Assembly (NCBI GenBank): GCA_963749495.1
Contig: CAVVMW010000022.1
Location: forward strand, 288,001-352,000
Direction: 5' to 3'
Length of the DNA stretch: 64,000 nucleotides
DNA from: an uncultured bacterium
GTDB lineage: Bacteria; Verrucomicrobiota; Verrucomicrobiia; Limisphaerales; UBA8199
Shown: piece after piece, positions 46,851 through 56,472 of the stretch
Layout of the letters: each line of letters opens with the position of its first letter
Position numbering within the stretch: position 1 is the stretch's first letter
The notes under the pieces: generated by a model
The model's input: only the letters and a program-made list of their open reading frames with translations
Told to the model about the DNA's origin: nothing
Databases searched by the model: none
Translations under genes and position numbers: made by a program

Positions 46851-49800
46851 TCACGTTTCACGTTTCAGCTTTCCACTCCTCCCTCCCTCCACCCCCCGCC
46901 CCTCGCCTTCCGAGGTCTCGGGCTGGAACGGGTCGCCCATCTTCTGCTCGAATTCCTGCATGCTCAGCGGGGTCTGGTAATAATCGGGCATGGCCGCGTT
47001 GGGATTGCGCACGCGCGCCAGGTAGGTGGTGCGCGGTTTGGTCAGCAACGCCTGCAGCACCGTGTAATCGCGGTCCAGTTTCTTGAGCTTGGAAACGCGG
47101 CTCTGCGGGTCGTTGAGATTTCCAAAGACTATCGCCCCTGCCGGGCAGGCCTGCGCGCACGCCGTCGTGAATGAGTCGCTCGGCACCACCACGTCGCCCG
47201 ACGCCCCCGCCTTGGTCTTTTGCGCTATCTTGGCCTGCTCGATGCGCTGGATGCAGAAGGTACACTTCTCCATCACGCCGCGCATCCGCACGGTCACGTC
47301 CGGGTTTTTGATCATCTTGATGAGGTCCCATTCGTCCTCAGGGCGGCGGGCCAGGGGCCCCAGGTAGAGCCGGTCCAGGGGCCGCTTGTTATAGTCGAAG
47401 AAATTGAAGCGGCGGACCTTGTAGGGACAGTTGTTCGAGCAGTAGCGGGTGCCGACGCAACGATTATAGGTCATCACGTTGAGCCCCTCCTGGTCGTGCA
47501 ACGTGGCATTGACCGGGCAGACATTTTCGCACGGGGCCGCCTCGCAGTGCTGGCAGAGCATCGGCTGGGTGAGGGCCTGGGGATTATCGATCCAGGCATC
47601 GAACTGCTGCCGGGCCTCGGGGTCGAAGGTCTCAAAGAAGTTCTCCTTGGCCTGCGGACTGCCCTTGGGCGCCGGGGGCTTTCCCGCGTAATAGCGGTCG
47701 ATCCTCAGCCAGTGCATCTCGCGTCCGCGCCGCACCTGGTCCTTGCCCACGATGGGCACGTTGTTCTCGCTCTGGCAGGCCAGCACGCACGCCGAACAAC
47801 CGACGCACAGGTTGAGGTCGATCGACATGCCCCATTGGTGCAGCCCCTTCTTCCTGAGTTCGTCGAATGGATTGGGATAGAGCGGCGCGGCCACCGGCAG
47901 GTCTTCGGCCTCCAGGTGCCTGGCAAAGGCGGGGTGCTGCCGATACTGGTCGAGGTTGGCCTCGCGGATAATCGGCCGGCCCTCGAGCGACCAGTGGCTC
48001 TGGGTGCATGAAATGGAGTGGGTCCCGCCGACTGCCCGCACCGTGGCCCCTGCGGCGATATTCTGGCCCGCGCTCGTCCGCAGCGGATACACGTCGAACC
48101 CGGCGCCCCGCCCCACACGCCCGGTCCGGGTGCGCCCGTAACCCAGCGCCAACCCGATCGAGTAATCCGCCATGCCCGGCTGCACCCACACAGGTCCGCG
48201 CACGCTGCGCCCGCCCAGGCTGATGTCCACCAGGTCGGAGTTCATCACCCCCAGCTCCCGCGCGGTTCGCCGGCTCATCAGCACGACGTTGTCCCAAACC
48301 ACTTTCGTGACCGGGTCCGGCAGTTCTTGCAGCCAGCCGTTGTTGTTGTAGCGCCCATCGTCCAGGCTGTAATCGCGATGGAACACTACCTCGAGCCTCC
48401 CCTTGCTCAACGCCATGGCGCGGGCGTCCCCGGCTGTGCCCCCGCTGCCTGCGCCCACCTGCCCCAGCGCCTCCGCCACCGCCCCCGGGTTCAGGCTCGA
48501 CCTCCACCGCCTTTGCCGCCGAGCGGGCCAAAAAACCGTCGTGCAGGAACTTGCGCCACGCCGACTCGGTCTCCCCGCCCCCCACAATCCCCGCGAACGT
48601 CTCCCGCACAATCCCATAAGGCTCCGTCACCTTGGCCCCGCCAATCCGTGCCAGGACTTCCAACTCCGTCAGCCCGCCGAACAGCGGCGCGATCAAAGGC
48701 TGTATCGGCACGAGCGTGCCGTCGCTGGTCCGGGCATCGCCCCATGACTCCAGGTAGTGGGCCGCCGGCAGGTGCCAGTCGCAATGAGCAAACGTCTCGT
48801 CCTCGTAATCGCCCAGCCGCACGACTGTCCTGGCCCGACGCTGGGTCCCGGCCCAAGCCAAATCAGCCGGGGCGCTATAGACCGGGTTGCCGCCCAGGAT
48901 GACCAGCGTCTCGACCTGCCCGGCGTTGAGCGCTTGAGCCAGTTCCTCCAGGCCGCCTTCCCCAGCATCCGGCGCGTCGTGGAACACCACCGTCCGGCCC
49001 AGGTTCCCCAGTCCCGCGTTGAGCGCGTGCGCCAGCACATGTACCGCCGCCGGCTGCCGATACCCGGCCACGACCAGCGACTTGCCCCGGTTGGCCTCGA
49101 GGTCTTTGGCGCACTGGGCCACCCACTGCGCCATCCACTGCGCGTCCACTCCGGCCGCCTGGCTCAATTGGGCCGTGTCCGCCTTGCCGCGCTCGAGCAC
49201 CGCGGCCGCCAGCGCCGCCGCCAGCGCCCCCACCGCACTGCTCGGCAGCCGCAAACGATGGTCCGCGCTAAACCCCGTCAGGCTCATCAGCCCCTCGGCC
49301 ACATAGAGCCGGTTCGGCGTGTCTTGGGCCGTCTCGATGCGCCGCCGCTGGGCAAAGCGGCGAATGTGGTTGTGAACGTCCGGCTCCGAGCCCAGAAAAT
49401 CGCAGTCGAGCGATACGACCACATTGGCCTCGTCGAACCGGTAGAGCGGGTGCACCGGTTTGCCGAAGGCCCGCGCTGCCGCGCGGCGATGGATGTCGAA
49501 ATCCACCGGCTCGAAGATGTGCCAGCGCGCCTGGGGCAATTTCCCGCTGATCTCCTTTTGCAGCCGGGCGCGGGAAGGGGAGGTGCTGCGCTCCAGCAGG
49601 AAATAAAGCCCCCGGCCGCCGTTCTGTTGCGCCTTGCGCCCCAGGTCCGCCAGGAAATCGTACGCGGCCTCCGGCGCGCAGTTGTTTGCCCCATGGACAA
49701 ACCGCGCCGCCCGGTCCGGGTCGTAGAGATTCAAGATCGAGGCCTGGGCAAAGCGGTCCGTGCCGCCGTTGCTGTCCGGGTGGCGCTTGTTGCCTTCGAG

Positions 49801-50169
49801 CTTGGTCGGCCGGCCATCATTGGACCTGGCGACCAGCGGAATCGCGCCGCCGGGCGCAGGCATCGCCGTCGCATATTCCCGGGGCACGCCGTGCGTGTAA
49901 TCCTCGGGCATTTGGCCGAACGGCTCGACCTGCTCGACCGGCCGCCGGCAGCCGCTCCCTGCAAAACCCAGACCCGCCAGCAGGAACGACGCCGACATGA
50001 GCTTGAGAAAGCTCCGGCGCGTGACCGGGTCCGCCCATTCGCCGGCCCCTGCCGGAAACTCGCGCTCGACCCATTGTCGAAACTCCGGCGCCTGCGCCAG
50101 CTCATCCAGGCTGCGCCAATAGACGCGCCCGGACTCGCCTTGGTTTGGTTCGCGGCTCAACGGTGGCAT
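46851..50169 (-). CDS. actB: Alternative complex III subunit ActB (molybdopterin-oxidoreductase-like plus Fe-S domains); +1 frameshift at ~48495
   Basis: YWRSLDEL, TRRSFLKLM...GCRRP, GRPTKLEGN; Fe-S motifs CVGCSACVLAC, CQHCEAAPCENVCP, CVGTRYCSNNCP, CTFC...CAQACP. Confidence 0.95.
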
Positions 50170-50825
50170 GCGGAACAGTTCTGCAGGGATTCCACCTTCC
50201 AATCGTGGACGAACTTCTCGCCGTTTGCCCTTTGCAAACGCGCGTTCTCCTCCGGATCATCGCTCCATTTCCACCCCAAATCCGTGATCCTGTCCGGTGG
50301 CCGGAGCTTCGCCGCCGGGTCGCGATGGCAATCCAGGCAGAACGTCATGCTCAACGGCTGGTAGTGATAAACCTCGTCCATCTTGTTGACCGGCCCGTGG
50401 CACTCTACGCAACTGATCCCCCGGTCCACGTGTACCGAATGATTGAAATAGACAAAGTCCGGCACGCGGTGTACCTGCACCCACGGTATGGGCCGGCCGC
50501 TCTGCGCGCTCTCGCGCACCAACCCCAGCCGCGGGTCGTCCTTGAGCACCTGGCTGTGGCAATTCATGCACGTCGAACTGGCCGGGATATTCGAGTACCA
50601 CGACTTCTCGACCGCATTGTGGCAATACCGGCAATCCATCCCCAACTGCCCCGCGTGTATCGCGTGCGAAAAGGCCACCGGCTGCTCCGGCTGGTAGCCC
50701 ACGCGCGAATACTTGGGCGTCAGGTAATACCACATGCCCCCCACCACGGCGCTGCCAGACAGCACCGTCCCGGCGAGGATCGTCGCCGGCAGCCGATTGG
50801 TCCACTTTGGGAAAATCGCCGACAT
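50157..50825 (-). CDS. actA: Alternative complex III pentahaem cytochrome c ActA
   Basis: QPVAFSHAIH; five CxxCH motifs (CRYCH, CMNCH, CVECH, CLDCH, CSACH). Confidence 0.96.
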   Translation of the reverse strand: MSAIFPKWTNRLPATILAGTVLSGSAVVGGMWYYLTPKYSRVGYQPEQPVAFSHAIHAGQLGMDCRYCHNAVEKSWYSNIPASSTCMNCHSQVLKDDPRLGLVRESAQSGRPIPWVQVHRVPDFVYFNHSVHVDRGISCVECHGPVNKMDEVYHYQPLSMTFCLDCHRDPAAKLRPPDRITDLGWKWSDDPEENARLQRANGEKFVHDWKVESLQNCSACHR

Positions 50826-50934
50826 GTCGTGTCCGGGCCATTCCACCGCGCCCTGGCGCCAGATCGCGGCGCGCGCGGCTTTGCCCGGCATCGAATTTCT
50901 CTAGCCCGTGATCCCACACCGCGCAAGGGCGCCC

Positions 50935-50992
50935 GATAAGATTTTCGCAATTATAGGCATTGGTTATAGTTCGCATAAGAAGTATAAATGAA
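50935..50992 (-). promoter_or_regulatory. AT-rich putative ACIII promoter/operator
   Basis: TATAAT at 50950-50955 on the minus strand; duplicated TGCGAA and CTATAA elements. Confidence 0.45.
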
Positions 50993-51044
50993 CGCGGGAG
51001 GCCGGCTGGCGCGGGCGGATTTGCCAGGCGCCTCCGCGGCCGAG

Positions 51045-51262
51045 GCAACCCGGAGGGTTGCCAGAAGGTAGCCGGGGGTCGCGGCCTCGCCGCGACCCCC
51101 GGTTGACTGCGTCGAGGGCGCTGCACCCCGGATGGGGTGTCAGAAAGCAGCGTCCGTGCGGGTGAGCCTCTGGCATCCCTCCGGGATGCAAACGCGCTTC
51201 GCCGCTTGACCGGGGGTCTCGCTACGCTTCGACCCCGGCTTCTCTTATCCCTCCGGGATGAA
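51045..51262. repeat. REP-doublet-like element (CCGGGGGTCG...CGACCCCCGG and ATCCCTCCGGGATG hairpins)
   Basis: Multiple stacked hairpins in inverted arrangement. Confidence 0.75.
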
Positions 51263-51311
51263 CCCGGGAAGCCTTGACCTGCGTCACCCCATCTTATAGT
51301 GTTGATCCACA

Positions 51312-51506
51312 ATGCTTGTGCCCGTTGCAAAGATCCAGGTGCGGAGGGACGAAGACGGGGTTTGGATTGCCAGGTCGCGACTGCTCCCAGGCTGCCATGC
51401 TCATGGCCAGGACCGCTGTGAAGCACTTTTGAGATTTCAGGCGGCTGCAAAGGCCCGCCTGGAAGCCCTGCTGGCAACCGGACGGCCCATCCCTGCTGCG
51501 GCCTGA
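51312..51506 (+). CDS. HicB-family (UPF0150-like) antitoxin domain, no adjacent hicA
   Basis: IQVRRDEDGVWIA...LPGCHAHG...EAL...LE...GRPIP pattern. Confidence 0.7.
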   Translation: MLVPVAKIQVRRDEDGVWIARSRLLPGCHAHGQDRCEALLRFQAAAKARLEALLATGRPIPAAA

Positions 51507-51507
51507 G

Positions 51508-52341
51508 ATGAAGAATGTTACGCTGCCTTGCGGCGAAGGCGTGCCCGCCTTGGGCATGGGCACCTGGCACCTCGGGGACGATCCGGCCGCCCGGCAGGAG
51601 GAGGTGGCAACGTTGCGGCTGGGCCTGGAGTTAGGCGTCCGCCTCATCGATACCGCCGAAATGTATGGCGGCGGCGCGGCCGAGGAATTGGTGGGCCAGG
51701 CCGTCCAGGGCCGCCGCGACGGGGTGTTCCTGGTGGACAAGGTCCTGCCCTCCAATGCCTCCCGCACGGGCACGGTGGTGGCCTGCGAGCGCAGCCTGCG
51801 CCGGCTGAAGACAGACCGGATCGACCTCTACCTGCTGCATTGGCGGGGGAGTGTGCCTGTCTCGGAGACGGTCGCGGCCTTTGTGGAATTGCAGCGCGCT
51901 GGCAAGATCCGCTCCTGGGGCGTCAGCAATCTGGATCTCGCCGAGGTGCAGGCCTTGTGGTCCGCCCCGGCAGGGCAGCAGGTGCAAACCGATCAACTCC
52001 TCTACAACCTGAGTCGGCGCAGCGTCGAATGGGAGTTGCTGCCCTGGCTGCGCCAGCGGCGCATCCCCGTGATGGCCTATTCGCCCATCGAGCAGGCCAG
52101 GCTCCTGGACGACCCCAGGCTCATTGGCTTTGGCCGGCGCCATGGCATGACCCCGTCCCAGGCGGCGCTGGCCTGGCTGCTCGACAAAGATGACATCATC
52201 GCCATCCCCAAGACCAGCCGCCGCAAGCGGTTGAAAGAAAACCTCGGCGCGCTCGAACACCCATTGACCCCGCCGCAGCGCTCCGAGTTGGAGCGCCTGT
52301 TCCCGCCGCCTTCAGGCCCGGGCCCATTGGAGATGCTTTGA
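51508..52341 (+). CDS. Aldo/keto reductase
   Basis: LGMGTW, IDTAEMYG, IDLYLLHW, GVSN, AYSP, IPKTS. Confidence 0.95.
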   Translation: MKNVTLPCGEGVPALGMGTWHLGDDPAARQEEVATLRLGLELGVRLIDTAEMYGGGAAEELVGQAVQGRRDGVFLVDKVLPSNASRTGTVVACERSLRRLKTDRIDLYLLHWRGSVPVSETVAAFVELQRAGKIRSWGVSNLDLAEVQALWSAPAGQQVQTDQLLYNLSRRSVEWELLPWLRQRRIPVMAYSPIEQARLLDDPRLIGFGRRHGMTPSQAALAWLLDKDDIIAIPKTSRRKRLKENLGALEHPLTPPQRSELERLFPPPSGPGPLEML

Positions 52342-52358
52342 TCGTGAAATATGCTCCA

Positions 52359-53729
52359 ATGCCCGATGCCCCGACGAAAATGAAATTGCCAGCGCGAAGC
52401 GGTCCGCTGGCCCGGACTGCCCGGCGCCTGGTCCGATCTTTGCAGCAGGCGGGTTTTCCGGCCTTCTGGGTGGGTGGGTGCGTGCGGGACCTGTTGCTGG
52501 GCCGCGTGCCCGGGGATTACGACATCGTCACCTCGGCGCTGGCGGAGCAGGTCGAGCGTCTCTTCAAGCGCACTGTTCCCGTCGGCCGCAAGTTCGGCGT
52601 GATCGTCGTCGTCGAGGGCGGCCACCCGTTCCAGGTCGCCACCTTCCGCGCCGAGGCGGGTTACCAGGATGGCCGTCATCCCGGGCAGGTCAGCTTCGGC
52701 AACGCCAGGGCCGACGCCGCGCGGCGGGATTTCACTATCAACGGCCTGTTCTATGACCCGATCACCGAGGTCCTTCATGATTGGGTGGGGGGCCAGACCG
52801 ACCTGCGCGCCCGGCTCATCCGCACCATCGGCCCGCCCGGCGAGCGGTTCGCCGAAGACCACCTGCGCCTGCTGCGCGCCGTGCGCCTGGCCGCCCAACT
52901 GGACTTCCAAATCGAGCCCGGCACCCTTGCCGCCCTCCACGCCAACGCCTCGAAGATTCGGGCCATCAGCGCCGAGCGCATCCGGGACGAGTTGGTGAAG
53001 CTGTTCCAGCCGCCGCACGCGGCGCGCGGCCTTGATTTGCTCCGTGAAAGCGGCCTGCTCGACCAGGTCCTGCCGGAAATCGCCGCCACGGCGGCCTGCG
53101 AACAGTCCCCCGATTTTCACCCCGAAGGTTCGGTCTTCAACCATTTGCGACTGATGCTGGCCCGGATGCCGCCCCAGGCCACGCCCCCGTTGGCCTGGGC
53201 GGTCCTGCTCCACGACGTGGCCAAGCCGGTGACCGCCTCCCGCGATCCGCAGACCGGCAGCGTGCGGTTCCTGGGCCATGAACGCATCGGCGCCCAGATG
53301 GCCGCCGCCATCCTCGAACGACTCCGCTTCCCGCGCAAACAGATCGAGGAGATCGTCCAGGCTGTGCGCTGCCACATGCAGTTCAAAGACGCGCCCCAGA
53401 TGCGCAAGTCCACCTTGCGCCGACTCCTGATGCGGCCCACCTTTTCGCTCGAACTGGAGTTGCACCGGCTGGATTGCCTCGGTTCAAACGGCAACTTGGA
53501 GGTCTATCGGTTCCTGCTCGACCAGGCCCGGGCCTTGGAGCGCCAGCCCCGCATCCGCCCCCCGCTGCTCAAGGGCGATGACTTGATCGCCCTGGGCCTC
53601 AAACCGGGCCCTGAACTGGGCGCGCTCCTGGCCGAAATCCGGGAACTGCAGTTGCAGGACGACCTCAAGACCCCGGCCCAGGCGCGAAGATGGGCCCGGG
53701 AAAGGTTAAAGGCCAAAGGCAAAGGCTAA
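52359..53729 (+). CDS. cca: CCA tRNA nucleotidyltransferase (class II) with HD domain
   Basis: VGGCVRDLLLG, DYDI, DAARRDFTING, RFAEDHLRLLR, SAERIRDEL, LLHDVAK. Confidence 0.88.
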   Translation: MPDAPTKMKLPARSGPLARTARRLVRSLQQAGFPAFWVGGCVRDLLLGRVPGDYDIVTSALAEQVERLFKRTVPVGRKFGVIVVVEGGHPFQVATFRAEAGYQDGRHPGQVSFGNARADAARRDFTINGLFYDPITEVLHDWVGGQTDLRARLIRTIGPPGERFAEDHLRLLRAVRLAAQLDFQIEPGTLAALHANASKIRAISAERIRDELVKLFQPPHAARGLDLLRESGLLDQVLPEIAATAACEQSPDFHPEGSVFNHLRLMLARMPPQATPPLAWAVLLHDVAKPVTASRDPQTGSVRFLGHERIGAQMAAAILERLRFPRKQIEEIVQAVRCHMQFKDAPQMRKSTLRRLLMRPTFSLELELHRLDCLGSNGNLEVYRFLLDQARALERQPRIRPPLLKGDDLIALGLKPGPELGALLAEIRELQLQDDLKTPAQARRWARERLKAKGKG

Positions 53730-54076
53730 AGGCTAAAGGCTAAAGTGTGGAAGGGCAGGGTGTCTGAGGCTCCCGGAGGATGAATCGCGCTTTCAGCGCT
53801 CCAGATGATTATTGGCGGCTGTTCCCAGGGCGTTGCCGTGGGCTGGTATGAACGACGCCTTTGGCGTCCAGAGGGCGCACCCGTCGGGAAAGGCTAAAGG
53901 CTAAAGGCTAAAGGCTAAAGTGCGGAACGTCAGCCCACACCCCGCAGCAGGGCACGGGGGTATCAGTGCGGAGGCTTCGGCTTGAGCGACAAAAGGGACA
54001 AAAGCGACGCAAGGGACCAAAGGGACAAAGCAACGCGCCCTTCCAGCCTTCAGCCTTCAGCCTTTAGCCTTCAGCC
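53703..54076. repeat. Composite intergenic repeat region: (GGCTAAA)n, reversed half REP element (53779-53873), nonamers and (TTCAGCC)n
   Basis: Directly visible; the half REP is the reverse complement of the left half of 5293-5486, including its linker. Confidence 0.9.
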
Positions 54077-54146
54077 AGACTGGCATTGCGCGTCGCGCGA
54101 TGTTAGGCTTGCGTGAACATGCCAAAAACGCGATGGATTTAGCGCT

Positions 54147-55094
54147 ATGAGAACGAAACGGCTGGGCAACTCGGACATGCACATTACTCCTGTGGGTTTT
54201 GGCGCCTGGGCCATTGGCGGCGCGGGCTGGGAGTATGGATGGGGGGCGCAGGATGACCGGCAGTCGCTGGCCGCCATCCACCGCGCCCTGGAGCTGGGCA
54301 TTAACTGGATCGATACCGCCGCTGTATATGGGCTGGGCCATTCCGAAGAGTTGGTGGCCAAGGCCCTGCGCGGCTGGTCCGGCCCCAGGCCCTACGTCTT
54401 CACCAAGTGCGGAATGCCGTGGGATGAGCGACGGCAGATCCATTACTCGCTGCAGGCCCAGTCGGTGCGCCGCGAGTGCGAACAGAGCCTGCGCCGCTCG
54501 GGACCGACGTCATCGACCTCTACCAGATCCATTGGCCCACCGACGATTTGGCCCAGACCGAGGAAGGTTGGAGGACCCTGTCGGCGCTCCAGGCCGAGGG
54601 CAAAGTCCGATGGATCGGTGTCTCCAATTTCAGCCTCGACGAGCTCAAGGCCGCGCAAGCCATCGCCCGCGTCACTTCCCTCCAGCCCCCGGTACTCGCT
54701 CATCCGGCGCGAGGCGGAGCCGGAGTTGCTGCCCTTTTGCCAGGAACAAGGCATCGGCGTCATCGTTTATTCCCCGATGGCCTCGGGGCTGCTCACTGGG
54801 GCGATGACCCGGGCGCGCGCCGCCGCACTGCCGCCCGATGACTGGCGCAGCCGCAAGCCCGAGTTCCGCGAACCGGACCTCTCGAAGAACCTCGCGCTGG
54901 TCGAGCGGCTGCGAAAAGTCGGCGCCCTCCATGGACGCTCCCCCGGCGAGATCGCCATCGCCTGGGTGCTGCGCCAGCCCGCCGTCACCGCCGCCATCGT
55001 GGGCGGGCGCAGGCCAGAGCAGGTCGAAGGCATCATCGGGGCAGCCGACTTCCGCCTCGACCCGGCCGACCTGCGCGAAATCGAGAACGCATAA
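54147..55094 (+). CDS. Aldo/keto reductase; two compensating frameshifts (~54498, ~54691)
   Basis: GFGAWAIGG, IDTAAVYGLGHSE; internal-frame segment IDLYQIHWP...IGVSNF; YSPMASGLLTG. Confidence 0.92.
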   Translation: MRTKRLGNSDMHITPVGFGAWAIGGAGWEYGWGAQDDRQSLAAIHRALELGINWIDTAAVYGLGHSEELVAKALRGWSGPRPYVFTKCGMPWDERRQIHYSLQAQSVRRECEQSLRRSGPTSSTSTRSIGPPTIWPRPRKVGGPCRRSRPRAKSDGSVSPISASTSSRPRKPSPASLPSSPRYSLIRREAEPELLPFCQEQGIGVIVYSPMASGLLTGAMTRARAAALPPDDWRSRKPEFREPDLSKNLALVERLRKVGALHGRSPGEIAIAWVLRQPAVTAAIVGGRRPEQVEGIIGAADFRLDPADLREIENA

Positions 55095-55550
55095 GTGAGT
55101 TCGCCCTTGCCCAACGACCCGCCGGTTGTCGAATTCCTGGCCGGGAAGGTGCTCAGGTGGTCGCTGCCGTCGCTCTCGGCCCCGCCCAAGGCCGGCGCCC
55201 CGCTTCTGAAACGGTTGTGCCTGCCCCAGGGCGAGTTGGCTCAGTTCTACGATGGCGACGAGCCGATCCGCTACATGGCCTTCCTGGAACTGCGCCCCGG
55301 CTGCCCCCGCGGCAATCACTACCACAAGCTGAAGGAGGAGCGGCTCTACGTCATCCAGGGCGAGATCTCACTCGTGGTGCAGGACATCCTGGAACCAAAA
55401 CGTGATGCGATCCCCCTCAGAGCGGGAGACCTGGCCCTCATCCGCACCGGCATCGCCCACGCCCTTTTAGCAGACACCCCCGGCCAGGCCGTCGAGTTCT
55501 CCGCAGCCCGCTTCGACCTCGCAGACACTTATCGTTTCTTGCTGGGGTGA
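55095..55550 (+). CDS. Cupin-domain protein (FdtA/QdtA/WxcM-like)
   Basis: RGNHYHKLKEERLYVIQG ... IRTGIAHA. Confidence 0.75.
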   Translation: MSSPLPNDPPVVEFLAGKVLRWSLPSLSAPPKAGAPLLKRLCLPQGELAQFYDGDEPIRYMAFLELRPGCPRGNHYHKLKEERLYVIQGEISLVVQDILEPKRDAIPLRAGDLALIRTGIAHALLADTPGQAVEFSAARFDLADTYRFLLG

Positions 55551-55747
55551 ACTCCTACCTCAGGAACCTCCGATTCGGTCTTGCTTTTCCCCGGAAAACC
55601 GCCACTGTTCACGTGTCTGTTAGATAGCTTTGCCAGTCTCAGGGCATGGTAAATCTTCAGGTGAACCACGTTCATTGATGATTTGAAACCCGACAGGCGG
55701 GAACAGTCACGAGAGTGCAATGGTTAGCTAGGACATCGATAGAGTAC

Positions 55748-56086
55748 ATGAGTGAGAAATTGTTTGTGGGAAACCTCTCCTTCAAGACCACGGAAAATGA
55801 CCTCCAGGATGCATTTGCCGCCCACGGCACAGTGGTCGAGGCCAACCTGATGATGGATCGGGTGACCGGAAGGCCGCGCGGCTTCGCCTTCGTGACGATG
55901 GGTTCGCCCGAGGAAGCACAGAAGGCGATCGACGCGATGAATGGCAAGGAGATGGACGGCCGTGCCCTGACTGTCAACATCGCCCGCCCCCGCGAGGAAC
56001 GTCCCGGCGGCGGCGGCGGCAGGCGCGGATTTGCCGGACGCGGCGGCGGCCACGACCGGGGCGGTCACGAGCGCGAGCGCTACTAA
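55748..56086 (+). CDS. RRM RNA-binding protein with Gly/Arg-rich tail
   Basis: RNP2 LFVGNL, RNP1 [21 protein letters not shown]. Confidence 0.97.
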   Translation: MSEKLFVGNLSFKTTENDLQDAFAAHGTVVEANLMMDRVTGRPRGFAFVTMGSPEEAQKAIDAMNGKEMDGRALTVNIARPREERPGGGGGRRGFAGRGGGHDRGGHERERY

Positions 56087-56116
56087 AGCCCTGTTGGGTG
56101 ATCTGACATTTTGGTA

Positions 56117-56400
56117 TCTTTGTCGCAGCCTTTGTCGCAACCTTTGTCGAGCTCAGCCGGATTTCGACAAAGGTTGCGACAAAGGTTGCGACAAAGGTCG
56201 TGAAAGTCACTCCAGGTCCGGCGCCGCAGGCCGATGCCCTGGGACCGGACCCTGCAAGAACAGGCGCGCGCCGTGAAGGGGCGCCACAGTGCTCTGGCGC
56301 CCCCTTCAGGGCGCCCGGCCGGCGTTTGTGGCCAAAGCCCCAGGGCATCGGCCTAACGGCCTCAGCCCTGGGCTAAGTTCTGGCGGCCCGTTGGGCCGCA
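56117..56400. repeat. Palindromic 12-mer array copy 5 (56117-56199) followed by a REP-like hairpin cluster
   Basis: (TTTGTCGCARCC)3 then (CGACAAAGGTTG)3; GCCCTGGG/CCCAGGGC hairpins to ~56400. Confidence 0.85.
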
Positions 56401-56472
56401 AGGCAGAGCACGCACGGTGGCCCAGTCTCCCTAAAGCCAATTCACAACGCGACATTTGCTTTGCATCCGTCC

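Noticed and set aside
46851..50169. actB as a pseudogene, naturally split B1/B2 genes or a programmed frameshift
   Set aside because: A single extra base in an AGCT context like other indels in the window, with no slippery sequence or second RBS/start; most likely a sequencing error.
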